Shown here in pieces: positions 6,871 to 7,976 of a DNA stretch of 7,976 bases; positions within the stretch are counted from its first letter, which is position 1, and every line of letters begins with the position of its first letter. Under the pieces are notes generated by a model. It saw only the letters and a program-made list of their open reading frames with translations. It was not told the DNA's origin and made no database searches. The translations under genes were made by a program, and so were the position numbers. This stretch comes from Octopus sinensis (Eukaryota), in NCBI RefSeq assembly GCF_006345805.1, contig NW_021827862.1:1-7976 (forward strand). The letters run 5' to 3'.

Positions 6871-7017
6871 AGCCGCAGGAGTGGCTGTGTGGTAAGTAGC
6901 TTGCTTACCAACAACATGGTTCCGGGTTCAGTCCCACTGCGTGGCACCTTGGCCAAGTGTCTTCTACTATAGCCTTGTGAGTGGATTTGGTAGACGGAAA
7001 TTGAAAGAAGCCCGTCG

Positions 7018-7050
<33 letters not shown>

Positions 7051-7275
7051 GTATGTCTGTGTGTCTGTGTTTGTCCCTCTAGCATTGCTTGACAACCGAT
7101 GCTGGTGTGTTTATGTCCCCGTCACTTAGCGGTTCGGCAAAAGAGACTGATAGAATAAGTACTGGGCTTACAAAGAATAAGTCCCGGGGTCGAGTTGCAC
7201 GACTAAAGGCGGTGCTCCAGCATGGCCGCAGTCAAATGACTGGAACAAGTAAAAGAGTAAAGAGAGTAATAGAGT
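6871..7275 (+). mobile_element. Full-length bipartite F3/F4 SINE
   Basis: Head 6871-7017 has a 17-nt deletion between AGCC microhomologies near 6971. TA/GT tract ~7018-7060. Body runs to the AAAGAGT-repeat tail at 7275. Confidence 0.92.
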
Positions 7276-7280
7276 CATTT

Positions 7281-7976
7281 ATAGTTCTTTTGTTATTTAT
7301 TTTTCTTTTATTCTTGAAGCTTAAATATTTTTCGTCTTTTTCATTAATAAATATTTTTCGTCATTTTCATTGATAATTTCATTCTATTTTTTTTACACAA
7401 CGTCTTCACGAGTTTAATTTCTTATAAACGCTAAGACCCACATTATTACGTTTTAAATTCTGTTATATTATTTTCATCGACAAGCTAAGTAACGTTTTTT
7501 ATTTAACAATATTATTTAACTTTTGAATTGTATTAAGTTTGATTATTATAATAGTAGTTGTTAAAATATTAATTTATATATAATTTCTTGATAATTATTT
7601 GTTATGATATGTTTATATATTTATTATGTTTATTATTATTTTTATAATGTGATTTAACGTATTACATATAATTTAATTTGAGAAATATTTTTGTAAGACA
7701 ATATATTATTTAATAGTTTGGTGGTCTATTTATTACGTAGTATTACGTTAAGTATTCTATCTTTTTTTACTTAAACAAGAATATATTTAAGATATTTCGT
7801 ACTTTACAAGATTATTTACGTATATTTATTAATTTATCTAATTAATTATTCTATTATTATTATCTTTAACCTGAAGAGTGACTAAATTTATATTGAAGTG
7901 ATTTTACTATTATTGTTACTATTATCATTTCTTAAATATAGCCTTGAAACATGTGTCGTTATTCTACAAAATATAT
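7281..7976. other. Very AT-rich segment (~18.5% GC by hand count), possibly a decayed Penelope-like pLTR region
   Basis: About 65 C and 64 G in 696 nt. It ends in a hammerhead-like motif. Confidence 0.4.
7867..7961 (+). ncRNA. Type-I hammerhead-ribozyme-like motif with fully canonical core
   Basis: Stem I TAAC (7867-7870)/GTTA (7958-7961). CTGAAGA (7871-7877). GAAA (7946-7949). Stem III CA-TG-TG, then a GTC triplet (7955-7957). Distal stem II pairs CTAAATTTA (7882-7890)/TAAATATAG (7933-7941) and GAAGTGAT (7895-7902)/ATCATTTC (7924-7931). The base of stem II is mismatched. Confidence 0.68.

Noticed and set aside
3621-7373. Remaining ORFs (3621, 3852, 5019, 5424, 6370, 6855, 6941, 7089)
   Set aside because: They are short, lie on or run into Helitron or SINE sequence, and show no recognisable domain such as RT, Rep/helicase or GIY-YIG.
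7281-7976. Mitochondrial insertion (NUMT)
   Set aside because: It is AT-rich, but I recognised no mitochondrial gene, rRNA or tRNA motif.

Overview
Eukaryotic, repeat-saturated non-coding DNA with no supportable protein-coding gene, tRNA gene or CRISPR array. All 14 ORFs in the track fall on SINEs, microsatellites or other repeats. The SINE sequences resemble the very abundant tRNA-derived SINEs of octopus genomes (recalled, not searched). The window holds several tRNA-headed SINE families: a Deu/Nin-like family (F1), a tRNA-head family (F2), a bipartite CORE-like head + microsatellite + Nin-like body family (F3/F4), and a CORE-like family (F5). It also holds two Helitron-like termini sets, a 250-bp foldback resembling a Penelope-like inverted pLTR, 102-bp and 36-bp tandem repeats and many microsatellites. 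The main unexplained signal is three separate type-I hammerhead-ribozyme-like folds: a canonical core at 7867-7961 (+), a G3-C8 swapped core at 3143-3193 (-), and a degenerate one at 1393-1505 (+). A second notable signal is a 2,024-bp block with Helitron 5' and 3' ends (1931-3954) lying exactly between the head and body halves of a SINE. All structures were read by eye and none has been computed or tested.
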